Part shown: positions 10,489 to 20,938 of the stretch, piece by piece | How positions within the stretch are numbered: position 1 is the first letter of the stretch | Layout: every line of letters begins with the position of its first letter | From: a bacterium | Lineage (GTDB): Bacteria > SAR324 > XYD2-FULL-50-16 > G965216635 | Assembly (NCBI GenBank): GCA_965216635.1 | Contig: OZ244188.1 | Coordinates: forward strand, 1,792,001-1,856,000 | Direction of reading: 5' to 3' | Length of the DNA: 64,000 bases | The notes under the pieces: model-generated | The model's database searches: none | What the model saw: only the letters and a program-made list of their open reading frames with translations | Told to the model about the DNA's origin: nothing | Position numbers and translations under genes: made by a program

Positions 10489-10625
10489 AGACTGTTAAAA
10501 AAACCACTGGCTTTAGCATTATAGGAAAGCTAGACAAGGCGCGAAAAAATTTTTTAGCTCGTAGGAATGTGTAAGTATTTCAAGAGTTAAAAAATTTTTT
10601 CAATGGCGTAGTGCAACGCATTACA
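10488..10625. mobile_element. Palindromic MITE-like intergenic element, copy A
   Basis: Internal IR gaaaaaattttttagctc / gagttaaaaaattttttc; shares cattataggaaa..caaggc and agtatt(t/c)caaga blocks with ~12158 and ~35025. Confidence 0.55.
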
Positions 10626-10756
10626 AAACTTAAAGCTAACACAATATAGACTGCAAAAGCTCCAGTGGGGCTTTTGCTAAAGCCTGTATAAAGTGAAAGC
10701 AATAAGCTTGTTTTGGCTAAACAGAATGCAAATTCAAAAGCCTATATTAATTACAA

Positions 10757-11938
10757 ATGAATATAACTTCCTTTAATCCTCCCCAAAGAAAACTTATGGG
10801 ACCCGGACCTTCGGATATTTCTCCGAGAGTCCTTTCTGCTTTGTCACGCCCAACTTTGGGTCATTTAGATCCCTTATTTATTAAGATGATGGACGAAACA
10901 AAGCTTTTAATGAAATACGCTTTTCAGACTAAAAATCCATTTACTTTACCTATTTCCGCACCTGGTTCTGCAGGTATGGAATTTTGCATTGTCAACCTAC
11001 TAGAGAGAGGAGATAAAGCCGTTGTTTGTCGCAATGGAGCTTTTGGCGTGCGTTTGACAGAAAATATTCAAAGAGCTGGAGCAACAGCTATTCTAGTGGA
11101 TGATGATTGGGGCGAACCCGTTAGTTTGGAAAAAGTAGAAAAGGCTTTGTCGGAAAATCCAGATACAAAATTACTAGCTTTTGTGCATGCAGAGACCTCT
11201 ACAGGAGTTAAGTCTGATGCAAAAAATTTAGTCGCACTCGCTAAGAAAAAAGACATTTTAACGGTGGTAGATTGCGTGACTTCCCTAGGAGGAATCCCGT
11301 TGGAAATAGATAGCTGGGGCATAGATGCTGCTTATTCTGGTTCACAAAAATGTTTATCCATTCCACCTGGGTTATCTCCTGTCACTATGAGTCCTAATGC
11401 TGTAAAAAAAATTTCACAAAGGAAACAAAAGGTGCAGAGTTGGTTTTTGGATGCCAATCTTTTAACGGGTTATTGGGGGAAATCCGATACTTCAACTCGT
11501 TCGTATCACCATACTGCTCCTATCAATAGTCTTTATGGAATGCACGAAGGTTTGATTCTTCTACAAGAAGAAGGATTATCTGCTTCTTTTGAAAGACACC
11601 AAAAAATGCACTTGGCACTAGTAGCAGGAATCGAGGCAATAGGCTTAAAAATGCTAGTTTCTGAAAATGCACGACTGCCCCAGTTAAATTCTATAGTCAT
11701 TCCAGAATCTGTGGACGAAGCAAGGGTGAGAAAAATACTTTTGGAAGAGCACCAATTAGAAATCGGAGCAGGGTTGGGACCTCTCGCTGGAAAAATTTGG
11801 CGAATTGGTCTTATGGGATATACAGCAAGAAAAGAAAATGTGCTTTACTGTTTAGATGCTTTAGAAAATGTATTAGCAAAATTAGATGCACCTATTGAAA
11901 AAAATCAAGCAGTAGCTGCCGCAGAAAAATTATTGTAA
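10757..11938 (+). CDS. Class V PLP aminotransferase, alanine/serine-glyoxylate or PucG-like
   Basis: LMGPGPS, VHAETSTG, DCVTSLGG, SGSQKCL (PLP Lys), YHHTAP, WRIGLMG; next to puuE. Confidence 0.85.
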   Translation: MNITSFNPPQRKLMGPGPSDISPRVLSALSRPTLGHLDPLFIKMMDETKLLMKYAFQTKNPFTLPISAPGSAGMEFCIVNLLERGDKAVVCRNGAFGVRLTENIQRAGATAILVDDDWGEPVSLEKVEKALSENPDTKLLAFVHAETSTGVKSDAKNLVALAKKKDILTVVDCVTSLGGIPLEIDSWGIDAAYSGSQKCLSIPPGLSPVTMSPNAVKKISQRKQKVQSWFLDANLLTGYWGKSDTSTRSYHHTAPINSLYGMHEGLILLQEEGLSASFERHQKMHLALVAGIEAIGLKMLVSENARLPQLNSIVIPESVDEARVRKILLEEHQLEIGAGLGPLAGKIWRIGLMGYTARKENVLYCLDALENVLAKLDAPIEKNQAVAAAEKLL

Positions 11939-12157
11939 ATGGTGGAGGTATTAAAATATCGCATTGGACATTTTTATCTTTTTTTCCACTTAATGTGCCC
12001 ATTAATATCGTGCATTTCAAATACTTCTAAAATATTCACACAAAAATTTTTTACTTTCTTATCTCCTGTAGTTTCAGCTAATCTGTGTAGACGAATAAAC
12101 ATTTTTTTGGCTGTTTCTGTTTGGTTATAATAGACCTTTGAATTTGTGTTATGTGAC

Positions 12158-12220
12158 GGCTAGGCAAGGCGAAAAAAAAAAATTTTAACTCTTGAAATAC
12201 TCTCTTACCCGCATAAGATA
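12158..12220. mobile_element. MITE-like element, copy B (partial)
   Basis: tttaactcttgaaatactctcttacccgcataagata is the reverse complement (35/37) of 35111-35147; gctaggcaaggcg matches copy A. Confidence 0.55.
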
Positions 12221-12284
12221 AGGTAACGGATAGTAAAAGAGCCACTTTAGTAATTTTTTCAGTGATTTTTTTTAGGATGAGGGT

Positions 12285-12350
12285 CATTTTATTTTTTTTG
12301 TATTAAAAGAGATTTCAAATCATCAATAAAATGTTCAAACATTTTTACTT
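12285..12350. repeat. 66-bp direct repeat, copy 1 (REase 3' end)
   Basis: Matches 14349-14414 with one mismatch. Confidence 0.9.
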
Positions 12351-12966
12351 TATTACTTTCTTCAATTTTGGACTCACTTAAAACATAGCTTCCGTCTAAA
12401 TCTATCTCAACAATTGCGCGTGCTTTTTTAGCAGGATTTTTTGTAGTTAGTGTTCCATCTTCATCTGGTGTGATGAAATAAACTTGAATATGCTTTGTGG
12501 CTTTATCTGCATACAATTTTGCTTTCCAATAACCTGTCTGCGCAATTCTTTCTCGCAAAGTCACCTTACTAGATAATACTGCTACCACTCTACTTGTTTT
12601 TGGCTTGTAAATAACTATATCAATATCCGGAAGGTGACATCCAAATTCTCCATAATCAACAAGCAAATTTCTTTTTACTAAACTTAGGTTTTTAGATAAA
12701 TTTTCTACTTTTGTTCTTTCTAAAATATTTCCATTCACAATTTCTAATCCCAATTCTCGCACTTCATTTTTTATAATATACTCTATTAACTTCTCTAAAT
12801 TTTTACCTTTGAAAGAACGCCAAGACTGTTCCGAATCTTCTCCCTTAAAATCTTTTTTGTGTTGTTCTTTAGCTTCCCTCAAAAGTTTAGATATTTGCCT
12901 ATAAGCATATTCTCCATATATTTTTTTTTTGATTTCATAAAGTTTTATTAAGTCTACTATAGTCAT
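12289..12966 (-). CDS. Type II restriction endonuclease, BsaWI-like (PD-(D/E)xK)
   Basis: QSWRSFKGKNLE, HLPDIDIVIY, SSKVTLRERIAQTGYWK; coupled to MTase. Confidence 0.75.
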   Translation of the reverse strand: MTIVDLIKLYEIKKKIYGEYAYRQISKLLREAKEQHKKDFKGEDSEQSWRSFKGKNLEKLIEYIIKNEVRELGLEIVNGNILERTKVENLSKNLSLVKRNLLVDYGEFGCHLPDIDIVIYKPKTSRVVAVLSSKVTLRERIAQTGYWKAKLYADKATKHIQVYFITPDEDGTLTTKNPAKKARAIVEIDLDGSYVLSESKIEESNKVKMFEHFIDDLKSLLIQKK

Positions 12967-14351
12967 TATTTTTTCACTATTAAAATATATTCTGTAGGAT
13001 AAGCATAAACTTTATTTTCATCTGTAATAGATGCAAATCTACCTGTTTTTTCATTTCTTGTAGAAGGTAAATTTTTGGAAGGAATTTCTCTTTGGATAAT
13101 GTCTTCTACCTCAAAGCCTAAGTTGAGTAACTGTTCCAAAAAAACCTCTGCATTAAAAATTTCTACACCTCTCAATTTTGTATTACCTATAACAATACAA
13201 ACGTTTCCTTCTTTCTGTAGTACTCTTTTCATTTCTATAAAAACCTGATTCATTTCACAAAAATAATTTACTACTCCAGTAGCTATTTTTTTATTTTTTG
13301 GAAGAAGTTCTAAATATATTTTTTCAGCAATCAAACTGTTTAAATCATTGTTTTGGATTTCTTGATAAGCAGAGCCGATAAATCTTTGACGGAAATTTTT
13401 TAGATCATCTGTATAGTTAAACCAAAATGCTGAAAGTTGGTGCATATCTGCGTATTCATAAGAAGTGACATAAGGAGGGGAGGTTACAATTAGCTTGACG
13501 GTTTCATTTTCTAAAGGAATTGTTTTTGCGTCAGCACAACGAACAAGACAATTTGTTTGAATGCAATCTTTTTCTTTGACAAGCTCGTAAAAACTAGCAT
13601 TGTTTTTTATCATTGATTTAGCTTGTTTTAAAAATACGGATAAAGGTTCAGCCGTTTTTTTTTCAAAATCTCTTATAGGTTTATTGCTTTTTTGCATCCA
13701 AATAGAGCAATTTTTTAAAATATTAGAAAAGGCACAATAAAAGAAATTTTTACAATCCTTATTGTTTAACTTTGAAATTTCGTTAAAAATAAAGGCAAGT
13801 TTTTTTTTATTCTCTTTAGAAAACCAGTAATCTATTCTTTCATTTTTTATTTCTAATTCTTTGGATTTATCGGGTTCTTTTTTGATTTCTGATAAATTTT
13901 CATCATCTACAAGAGAAAACAAGGAAAGAGGTGAGGGCTGATTATCTTTACTCTGGTTTGCTATTTTGGATTGAATAAAAAGAAAATTTTTTTCGAGTTT
14001 ACTGGGTTCTATAGGTGTTATTTTTGTTTGAGAAATAAGGGTAGCAACTGGATTGATGTCTAGTCCTACTGCTTTTCTACCCATTACTTTTGCTTCTAAC
14101 AGAGTTGTGCCACTACCAACAAAAGGATCTAAAACCAAGTCTTCTTTTTTACTATATTTTTCAACCAAGCGAGAAACGATTTGAGGGATAAATTTCGCAG
14201 GATAGCGATGGTAACCGTGGCTAATGTAGGTGGTATCTTTCCTAGTTTTATCTGCAAAAGACCAAGAATAATCTATTTTTTTCCTTGAAAACAAGTCTAT
14301 AATTTGTTGTTCAATATCAATAGCAACTTTCTCTTTTAAGGCGAGAGCCAT
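12966..14351 (-). CDS. DNA methyltransferase, likely N4-cytosine
   Basis: HGYHRYPAKFIP, DPFVGSGTT (motif I), TSPPY (motif IV). Confidence 0.88.
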   Translation of the reverse strand: MALALKEKVAIDIEQQIIDLFSRKKIDYSWSFADKTRKDTTYISHGYHRYPAKFIPQIVSRLVEKYSKKEDLVLDPFVGSGTTLLEAKVMGRKAVGLDINPVATLISQTKITPIEPSKLEKNFLFIQSKIANQSKDNQPSPLSLFSLVDDENLSEIKKEPDKSKELEIKNERIDYWFSKENKKKLAFIFNEISKLNNKDCKNFFYCAFSNILKNCSIWMQKSNKPIRDFEKKTAEPLSVFLKQAKSMIKNNASFYELVKEKDCIQTNCLVRCADAKTIPLENETVKLIVTSPPYVTSYEYADMHQLSAFWFNYTDDLKNFRQRFIGSAYQEIQNNDLNSLIAEKIYLELLPKNKKIATGVVNYFCEMNQVFIEMKRVLQKEGNVCIVIGNTKLRGVEIFNAEVFLEQLLNLGFEVEDIIQREIPSKNLPSTRNEKTGRFASITDENKVYAYPTEYILIVKK

Positions 14352-14414
14352 TTTATTTTTTTTGTATTAAAAGAGATTTCAAATCATCAATAAAATATTC
14401 AAACATTTTTACTT
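14349..14414. repeat. 66-bp direct repeat, copy 2 (upstream of and including MTase ATG)
   Basis: Matches 12285-12350 with one mismatch. Confidence 0.9.
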
Positions 14415-14452
14415 AGGCGAAGGTCTCACTAATTCAAAGGTCTCCTTTTTAC

Positions 14453-15553
14453 TTAAAATACTTTTTTAAGGCGATTTATATCAGCTAGAGCATAGCTCAT
14501 CAACTGGTCTGCAACAACTAAATTGAGCATAGCCTCTACAATCGGTACAGCACGAGGTAAAACACAGGGATCGTGTCTTCCTTGAGCTTTAAAAAAAATA
14601 GGTTTAAAATTTTTATCTAAAGTAGCCTGTTCCTTGGCAATAGTAGCTGTAGGTTTAAAAGCAACTTTCCCATAAATCATTTCTCCATTACTAATACCAC
14701 CAACAATTCCTCCAGCTCTATTACTATTGGTTTTTGGCTTTCCTTTGTTTAGCCCTATTGTATCATTATGTTGTGAGCCTTTCATAGAGCTCGCTTCACT
14801 GCCTATACCCATTTCAAAAGAACGACAGGCGCCTACAGAAAGTAATGCTTGCCCTATATCTGTGCTTAATTTTTTAAATACAGGGGCGCCTACTCCCGCT
14901 ATCAAGTTTGTTATTCTAAAACCTATTTTGCCACCAAGGCTATCGCCTTCTTTTTTAATTTGTTTAATTTCTTCTTCCATTAGTGCTGCTTTTTTTTTAT
15001 CAGGACATCGGATTGGATTAGCCTCTATTTTTTTCAAAGATACATTAGCGGGATCCATTTTAGCCTCTATTTTTCCTACTTGTTCTACCCAAGCTAAAGT
15101 CTCTGTTTGGCAAAGTTCATAAATTAATTTTTTAGCAACCGCACCTGCTGCTACTCTAGCCACTGTCTCTCTATTACTAGCTCTGCCACCGCCTCGCCAA
15201 TCGCGAATGCCAAATCGGGCTTGATAGGTAAAATCTGCGTGACTAGGACGAAAAAGATTTTTTAGTTTGCTATAAGCCTTAGACCTTGCGTCTTTGTTTT
15301 TAAGAATTAATGCTATAGGAGAACCTAAAGTCGTTCCATTGAAAACTCCCGACAAAATCTGCACTTTGTCTGTTTCTTTACGACTTGTGGTAAATTTACT
15401 TTGTCCGGGTCTTCTTCTATCTAGTTCTTTTTGGATAAAAGCCGCATCTATTTTTAGCCCTGCTGGACAGCCATCTATCACAACCCCTAACCCATCTCCA
15501 TGAGATTCTCCAAAGGTAGATATACAAAAATTTTTTCCAAAAATATTAGACAT
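14453..15553 (-). CDS. aroC: Chorismate synthase
   Basis: TFGESHG, RPSHAD, GGGRASNRETVARVAAG, GRHDPCVLPRA. Confidence 0.96.
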   Translation of the reverse strand: MSNIFGKNFCISTFGESHGDGLGVVIDGCPAGLKIDAAFIQKELDRRRPGQSKFTTSRKETDKVQILSGVFNGTTLGSPIALILKNKDARSKAYSKLKNLFRPSHADFTYQARFGIRDWRGGGRASNRETVARVAAGAVAKKLIYELCQTETLAWVEQVGKIEAKMDPANVSLKKIEANPIRCPDKKKAALMEEEIKQIKKEGDSLGGKIGFRITNLIAGVGAPVFKKLSTDIGQALLSVGACRSFEMGIGSEASSMKGSQHNDTIGLNKGKPKTNSNRAGGIVGGISNGEMIYGKVAFKPTATIAKEQATLDKNFKPIFFKAQGRHDPCVLPRAVPIVEAMLNLVVADQLMSYALADINRLKKVF

Positions 15554-15558
15554 GTTGT

Positions 15559-17973
15559 TTAAAGTTCAAAATTTTCTTCACTTAACTGCTCATTTTCTAT
15601 CAAATCTTCAGGAGTTTCTTTGCTCTCGGGAGAAATAACATTGCTTTCATCACAAACAGTGGGAACTGTTGTTTTTTTGAAGTATTCGTAATAAATATCT
15701 TGATTTACCTCTCTATCCCTACAATCCAACAAACCATTATGTTTTACAATTTTTACTTTTTTTAAACTTGTGGGTTTTTTGAAATCTAGTTTGCTATAGC
15801 CTTTCAAGGCTGATAACATAAAATTTTTCCAAATGGGAGCTGCTGCTCTGCTACCTGTTTCAAAAACTCCTAAAGAAAAAGTAGGTTGATCATTGCCCAC
15901 ATAAACTCCTGCAATAATTTCTGGAGTATAACCTATAAACCAAGCATCTGTGTTATCATTGGTCGTTCCTGTTTTTCCAGCAATGGCTCTGTTAAATACA
16001 TTTACGCTTCTGCCTGTTCCTTTAGTAATAACATCTTGTAGAATACTGGTAATAATATAGGCTGTAGCTGCAGGTATAACTTGTTTGGTTTGTGGTTCAT
16101 TTTCATAAAGCACTTTTCCATTTCTATCTTTTACTTTTTGAATCATATAGGGAACGGCTTGTATGCCATTATTAGCGAAAGCGCTATAAGCATTGGTTAA
16201 CTCTAAAAGTGTCAAAGATGCGCTTCCTAAACTGATGGATAGGTCTCTTTGTATGTGAGATTGAATATTTAATTTTTTAGAAAATTTAATAATATCTTTC
16301 ACTCCTAAATCTATTGCCAACTTGACTGTGGGTATATTTTTACTTTTGTATAGAGATTCTCTTAGAGTCACATTCCCTGAAAAATTTCCTCCATAATTTT
16401 TAGGAAACCACTCAAAATCTTTTTTATAATCATTAAAACCTAAGGGTGTGTCTTCCAAAATAGACGCTGCAGTATACCCTTGGTCTATGGCTGTCGCATA
16501 TACAATAGGTTTAAACGCAGATCCTGGTTGTCTTTTGCTCTGAATAGCACGATTAAATTTGCTAGATTGAAAATTATAGCCACCACTCATCGCTAGTATT
16601 TTTCCATTTTTAGGATTGAGTGCTATGACTCCACCGTTGTTTGTGGGTTCTTGATAAAGTTGGAATCTATGGGAAGCTATATTATCTTTTGATACTAAAA
16701 TTATATCTCCTACTTTAAAAATAGAATGAAAATTTTTTAGCTTAATATCACCTCCTATGAGTCTATTAGGAGACCAAGCTAAAGCCCATTCCGTATCTGC
16801 GATAAAAATTTTTCCTCTGCTATCTCCTAGATTAACCAATAATTCTGTATCTGTGACTTCTTCTACAAAAGCCTTAGAGGCTAAATCTAATTGATTATAG
16901 CGATTAAAAAGTTGAATGTTTTTAATTTCTGTAGCATCTAGTTCGTTATCATCGTTTAGTACTGTGCCTATGGCTCCTCTATAACCATGCCTTTTATCAA
17001 TAGCTATCAATCCTTTTTTTAAAGCCGCTTGTGCTGCTAGCTGAAAATCTAAATTCATAGTGGAATAAACTTTCAAGCCTTGCTTATGCGTTTCTTTTAA
17101 GCCGAGGCTTATCAATTTTTGACGAATTTCTTCTATAAAATAGGACGCTGCAGTTTTGTTTTCTATTTCACTTAAATTCAGATTAATTGGTTTCTTTCTT
17201 GCGGTATTCAATTGCTCGTGAGTAATAAACTTGAGCCCTGCCATCTGACTCAAAACTAGATTCCTCCTTTTCAGTGCTAATTCGGCGTTATTTGTTGGTG
17301 CAAGACGGGAGGGAGCCTTAACAAGCCCAGCTAGCAAAGCCATTTCTTCAATAGTAAGTTGAGAGACTTCCTTAGAAAAATAAATTTTAGCAGCAGCTCC
17401 TATACCCCAGGCGCCGTTGCCCATATAGGCTTTGTTAAGATAGAGCTCTAATATTTCGTCTTTCTCAAATTTACTTTCAATTTGGAAGGCTAAAAGAATT
17501 TCTTTGATTTTTCTGATAATCTTTTTGTCCAAAGAAAGTAAAAAAAGTTTTGCTGTTTGTTGTGTTATAGTACTAGCCCCTTGAGCAAAAGAAAGCGAAG
17601 TTAAATCTACCCATATAGTCTTGATAATCCTTTTGGGACTTATTCCTATATGGCTATAAAAAGAATGATCTTCTATCGCTATAATAGCCTGTTTCATTTT
17701 TTCTGGTATATCTTCTTTAGCTATTAAAATTCTTTTTTTACTAGCAAGCTCTCCTATAAGTTTACCATTTATATCATAAATTTCTGTTGGAAGATCAAAT
17801 TCATAATTTTTCAAATCATCAATATCTGGTAATTTGGAAACAAGGAGTAAAGTGAAAAGTGAAAAGATAAAGAAGCAAAGTCCTAAAAATATAACAAAAA
17901 ATGGATTCATTTTGTGTTTTAATTTTTTAGAAGCTCGGTTAGTGGTTTTTATCTTTGTAAATTTGAGTACCAT
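15559..17973 (-). CDS. mrcA: Penicillin-binding protein 1A (start may be ATG 17910)
   Basis: EDHSFYSH, GASTITQQ, SAFK (SxxK), SKN, KTGT. Confidence 0.9.
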   Translation of the reverse strand: MVLKFTKIKTTNRASKKLKHKMNPFFVIFLGLCFFIFSLFTLLLVSKLPDIDDLKNYEFDLPTEIYDINGKLIGELASKKRILIAKEDIPEKMKQAIIAIEDHSFYSHIGISPKRIIKTIWVDLTSLSFAQGASTITQQTAKLFLLSLDKKIIRKIKEILLAFQIESKFEKDEILELYLNKAYMGNGAWGIGAAAKIYFSKEVSQLTIEEMALLAGLVKAPSRLAPTNNAELALKRRNLVLSQMAGLKFITHEQLNTARKKPINLNLSEIENKTAASYFIEEIRQKLISLGLKETHKQGLKVYSTMNLDFQLAAQAALKKGLIAIDKRHGYRGAIGTVLNDDNELDATEIKNIQLFNRYNQLDLASKAFVEEVTDTELLVNLGDSRGKIFIADTEWALAWSPNRLIGGDIKLKNFHSIFKVGDIILVSKDNIASHRFQLYQEPTNNGGVIALNPKNGKILAMSGGYNFQSSKFNRAIQSKRQPGSAFKPIVYATAIDQGYTAASILEDTPLGFNDYKKDFEWFPKNYGGNFSGNVTLRESLYKSKNIPTVKLAIDLGVKDIIKFSKKLNIQSHIQRDLSISLGSASLTLLELTNAYSAFANNGIQAVPYMIQKVKDRNGKVLYENEPQTKQVIPAATAYIITSILQDVITKGTGRSVNVFNRAIAGKTGTTNDNTDAWFIGYTPEIIAGVYVGNDQPTFSLGVFETGSRAAAPIWKNFMLSALKGYSKLDFKKPTSLKKVKIVKHNGLLDCRDREVNQDIYYEYFKKTTVPTVCDESNVISPESKETPEDLIENEQLSEENFEL

Positions 17974-18060
17974 TAGAATTTGGAATTTTTTATAACTTAT
18001 AGTAACATCTTAATAAAGATTATAACTTAAATCTATATTTTAATTTTTGCAAATTCTTTA

Positions 18061-18879
18061 ATGAGAAGAGATTTTAGGCTTTTTGTAGGTGTCTGTATAA
18101 TCTTTTTTTTCTTTTTACTGCTATCTTTTTCTTTTTTTTGGATGCCACAATCCATCTACAAAATTTCATTAGAAAACAGACTAGCGAGTAGTAGTTCTAT
18201 TCACTGGCTTGGAACAGATCAATTAGGTAGAGATTTTTATTCTCGGCTACTCGTAGGAACAAGAAACAGCGTATTACTTTCTAGCCTTGCAATGGGTATA
18301 GGCAGTTTTACTGGAACCTTGCTTGGCTTGCTCTCTATCGGGAGCAGGGCTTCTTTAGCAAGCAAAACATTAAATCATCTCTTAGCAGAAATTAATAAAT
18401 TGCTTATAGCCTTTCCTGTAGTGTTAGTTGCAGTTTTGATCAATGCCTTTTATGGATCAGGAGGCTGGAAAGCAATGTTGGCAATCAGCATTTTCAATAT
18501 ACCTGTTTTTTATTACCTCACCCAAAATATTACTCATAAAATATGGGGCAAAAATTATTTACTCTTTTCGCTGGCTATAGGTGCTACCCGTTGGTCTATC
18601 TACAAACTACATATTTTGCCACAATTGATTAGTCCTTGGTTAGTATTATTTTCTATTCAATGGGGCTTGTCTTTACTTGCCGAATCTTCTTTGAGCTACT
18701 TAGGATTAGGAATACAACCGCCCGAACCCAGCCTTGGCAGAATCATCTACGAATCGCATACTTACTTTTATCTAAAATCTAGTCTGATAATACTACCTGG
18801 GGTTATTCTTTTGTTGCTAATTTTGGGAATGAGCTATTTGGGAGATTATTTTGCAAAATATTTAGACCCCAAAAATTAA
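18061..18879 (+). CDS. Peptide/nickel ABC transporter permease (DppC-like), orphan
   Basis: HWLGTDQLGRD, ESSLSYLGLGIQPPEPSLG. Confidence 0.85.
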   Translation: MRRDFRLFVGVCIIFFFFLLLSFSFFWMPQSIYKISLENRLASSSSIHWLGTDQLGRDFYSRLLVGTRNSVLLSSLAMGIGSFTGTLLGLLSIGSRASLASKTLNHLLAEINKLLIAFPVVLVAVLINAFYGSGGWKAMLAISIFNIPVFYYLTQNITHKIWGKNYLLFSLAIGATRWSIYKLHILPQLISPWLVLFSIQWGLSLLAESSLSYLGLGIQPPEPSLGRIIYESHTYFYLKSSLIILPGVILLLLILGMSYLGDYFAKYLDPKN

Positions 18880-19343
18880 GGGTAAATTTTTTGCAGACCA
18901 AACAAAGCTAAAACTTCTTTTTCTTTGACAAGCATTTTTTTGTCATCGGATTCTGTTTGATGGTGATAATCAGCTAGATGAGTAATTCCGTGTACAAAAA
19001 GCCGTAAAAACTCCGTCTCAAAATCCCAACCATTTTGCTCGGCTTGTTTTTGACAAAAACTGTCGCAAATTGCAATTTCTCCAAAAGGGAATTCTTGCTG
19101 TAAAGCAGAATTTTCCTCTATCCCATTATGCTTCCAAGACAAAACATCAGTCGCCTTATCTATTTTGCGAAAAGAAAAATTTAATTGTTTAATCTTTTCT
19201 TCATCGCACAGTAAAACAGTAATAAAAACAGAACTAGGAATTTCTACCACTTTAAAAACAGCAGCAGACACAGATTGTATTTTATTGGTGAACTTAAGCT
19301 CTAGGGCTCTATCTGTCTCTTGAATAAACTCAAAATTAGCCAT
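18876..19343 (-). CDS. ybeY: Endoribonuclease YbeY (ATG at 19343)
   Basis: LNFSFRKIDKATDVLSW, GEIAIC, HGITHLADYHH metal motif. Confidence 0.88.
   Translation of the reverse strand: MANFEFIQETDRALELKFTNKIQSVSAAVFKVVEIPSSVFITVLLCDEEKIKQLNFSFRKIDKATDVLSWKHNGIEENSALQQEFPFGEIAICDSFCQKQAEQNGWDFETEFLRLFVHGITHLADYHHQTESDDKKMLVKEKEVLALFGLQKIYP
19318..19342. repeat. 25-bp direct repeat, copy 1 (ybeY 5' end)
   Basis: tcttgaataaactcaaaattagcca identical at 20939-20963. Confidence 0.9.
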
Positions 19344-19357
19344 CTTCAATAAAGTTA

Positions 19358-19936
19358 TTATGCTTTAAGACTAGCCTTCTCTTTTAACCAATAGTCATTT
19401 ACTAATTTTTTAAGACGAACTAGGAAATCTTCATATTTGGGGAATTTTGTATCAATAGGAGGTAATTGTGATTCTAAATTTCGTTCTTTGATTTTACGAG
19501 AGTTTAATTTATGATTGTTGCACGAAAATTCAATGTTTTCTTTTTTAAGAAAATCTTCAAATTGGTCAGCCCATTCTTTATCTTTCCCACGATAAAGAGA
19601 AATATGTGGATTAAATCCATTTTTTCTTATAGGAAAATCTGGTTTATTCCAAATTTTCCGAAGGTTTTCATTTTTTACCTTTAGATATACAACTTCTTCT
19701 TTAGAATTAGAAAATCTACCTACATCACCAATTCTTAAAGGCTTTTCTTGTATAATTTTTTTGCATTTATCAAAGTTTTTTGAAGCTATTTCTTTGTATG
19801 GTCCCCGTACTGTTATTTGTGGAACTAAACCTTTCCCTCCAATAATATGAGTAATTTGCCAAATTAACCCATTGATTTTAGGGTCAAGTATTTCTAAATA
19901 TACTATATTAGTCCTGCTTTTGGGTTTTTTATGCAT
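19358..19936 (-). CDS. 2H phosphoesterase (2'-5' RNA ligase-like) family protein, first HxT motif degenerate
   Basis: PQITVRGP and FNPHISLY about 70 aa apart. Confidence 0.55.
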   Translation of the reverse strand: MHKKPKSRTNIVYLEILDPKINGLIWQITHIIGGKGLVPQITVRGPYKEIASKNFDKCKKIIQEKPLRIGDVGRFSNSKEEVVYLKVKNENLRKIWNKPDFPIRKNGFNPHISLYRGKDKEWADQFEDFLKKENIEFSCNNHKLNSRKIKERNLESQLPPIDTKFPKYEDFLVRLKKLVNDYWLKEKASLKA

Positions 19937-19937
19937 T

Positions 19938-20900
19938 TTACAGTACTAAGTATTTACGATAATCTAATAATATATTTTCATGCGATAGTGCTTTGTAGAG
20001 ATAATCAGAAAATCGTTTAGCATGCGAATTTATTTGTTCTTGTTTATCTGTTGTTTTCAAATGTTTTTCAATTTCTTCGTCCTCTTTCCAAGCAAGAAAG
20101 TCTTCATAGATATCCAATATTTCTGTCCATTCTGTAAAAAGGTTTTTATCTTCTAGGGAATTAAGTCCCGTAGCCAAACGATCCAGAGGTGATAATTTAC
20201 AATATTCTTTTAAATCATCAATAGAAACTCCTCTTTTGACCACCAAAAGCAAAACTGTAGCAAATACAGTCAACATACGACTAAATTTTAAATTTATATT
20301 TTTCTTTCTCCAGGGTTTTTGAGAACTTCTTATTTCTTCATAATTAAGGCACACCGTTCTCCAATAACGCAGTAAATCATTCAATAAAAATAATGGACGA
20401 AATTCTTCTTTTCCTTTTTCATCACGGTAATAGTGTTGCAAAATAGAATCAAGATGCTGATAATATTTTTCCTTATTAAAAATAGGATTGCTTTCTAATA
20501 GCAAGAGCATTCGCACTGTAAACGAATTACTATTATCATCCTTACGAGAGCCCGTTTCTTTCTTAAGTTCTTCAAGAGAATAAATTTTAAGATACTCTCC
20601 GTCATTACTGAAAGAAGGAAATTTAAGTTCATCATTTAAACGAATTAAATGAGAATATAGAGTATACTCTTCAAGACGACTAGGTTTAAAATTTTCTTCA
20701 GTGGTGATAAATAAATCTAAATCAGATTTTTTTCCAAATTCTAGCCTTGCCAAAGAACCAGCACAAAAAACCATAATTTTGTCATCATCAAAGCAGCCAG
20801 ATTCCTCAAATTTATTGCGGACTAATTCTAATTTTTGACGAGATTTATTTGCTCTTTTTGCTAATCTAGTATGTGATTGTAGTTTTTTTTGAAAATCCAT
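19938..20900 (-). CDS. Pol-beta superfamily nucleotidyltransferase with helical C-terminal domain (DUF294/GlnE-like)
   Basis: GSLARLE...SDLDLF; RMLLLLES; FLLNDLLRYWRT; LKFSR. Confidence 0.75.
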   Translation of the reverse strand: MDFQKKLQSHTRLAKRANKSRQKLELVRNKFEESGCFDDDKIMVFCAGSLARLEFGKKSDLDLFITTEENFKPSRLEEYTLYSHLIRLNDELKFPSFSNDGEYLKIYSLEELKKETGSRKDDNSNSFTVRMLLLLESNPIFNKEKYYQHLDSILQHYYRDEKGKEEFRPLFLLNDLLRYWRTVCLNYEEIRSSQKPWRKKNINLKFSRMLTVFATVLLLVVKRGVSIDDLKEYCKLSPLDRLATGLNSLEDKNLFTEWTEILDIYEDFLAWKEDEEIEKHLKTTDKQEQINSHAKRFSDYLYKALSHENILLDYRKYLVL

Positions 20901-20938
20901 TTTTACAAAAAAGTTAGCTAGTATAATTCACAAATTCG

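Noticed and set aside
11939..12287. Small ORFs of 63 and 69 aa
   Set aside because: No recognisable family; the 69-aa ORF runs through the MITE-like copy and starts in the 66-bp repeat
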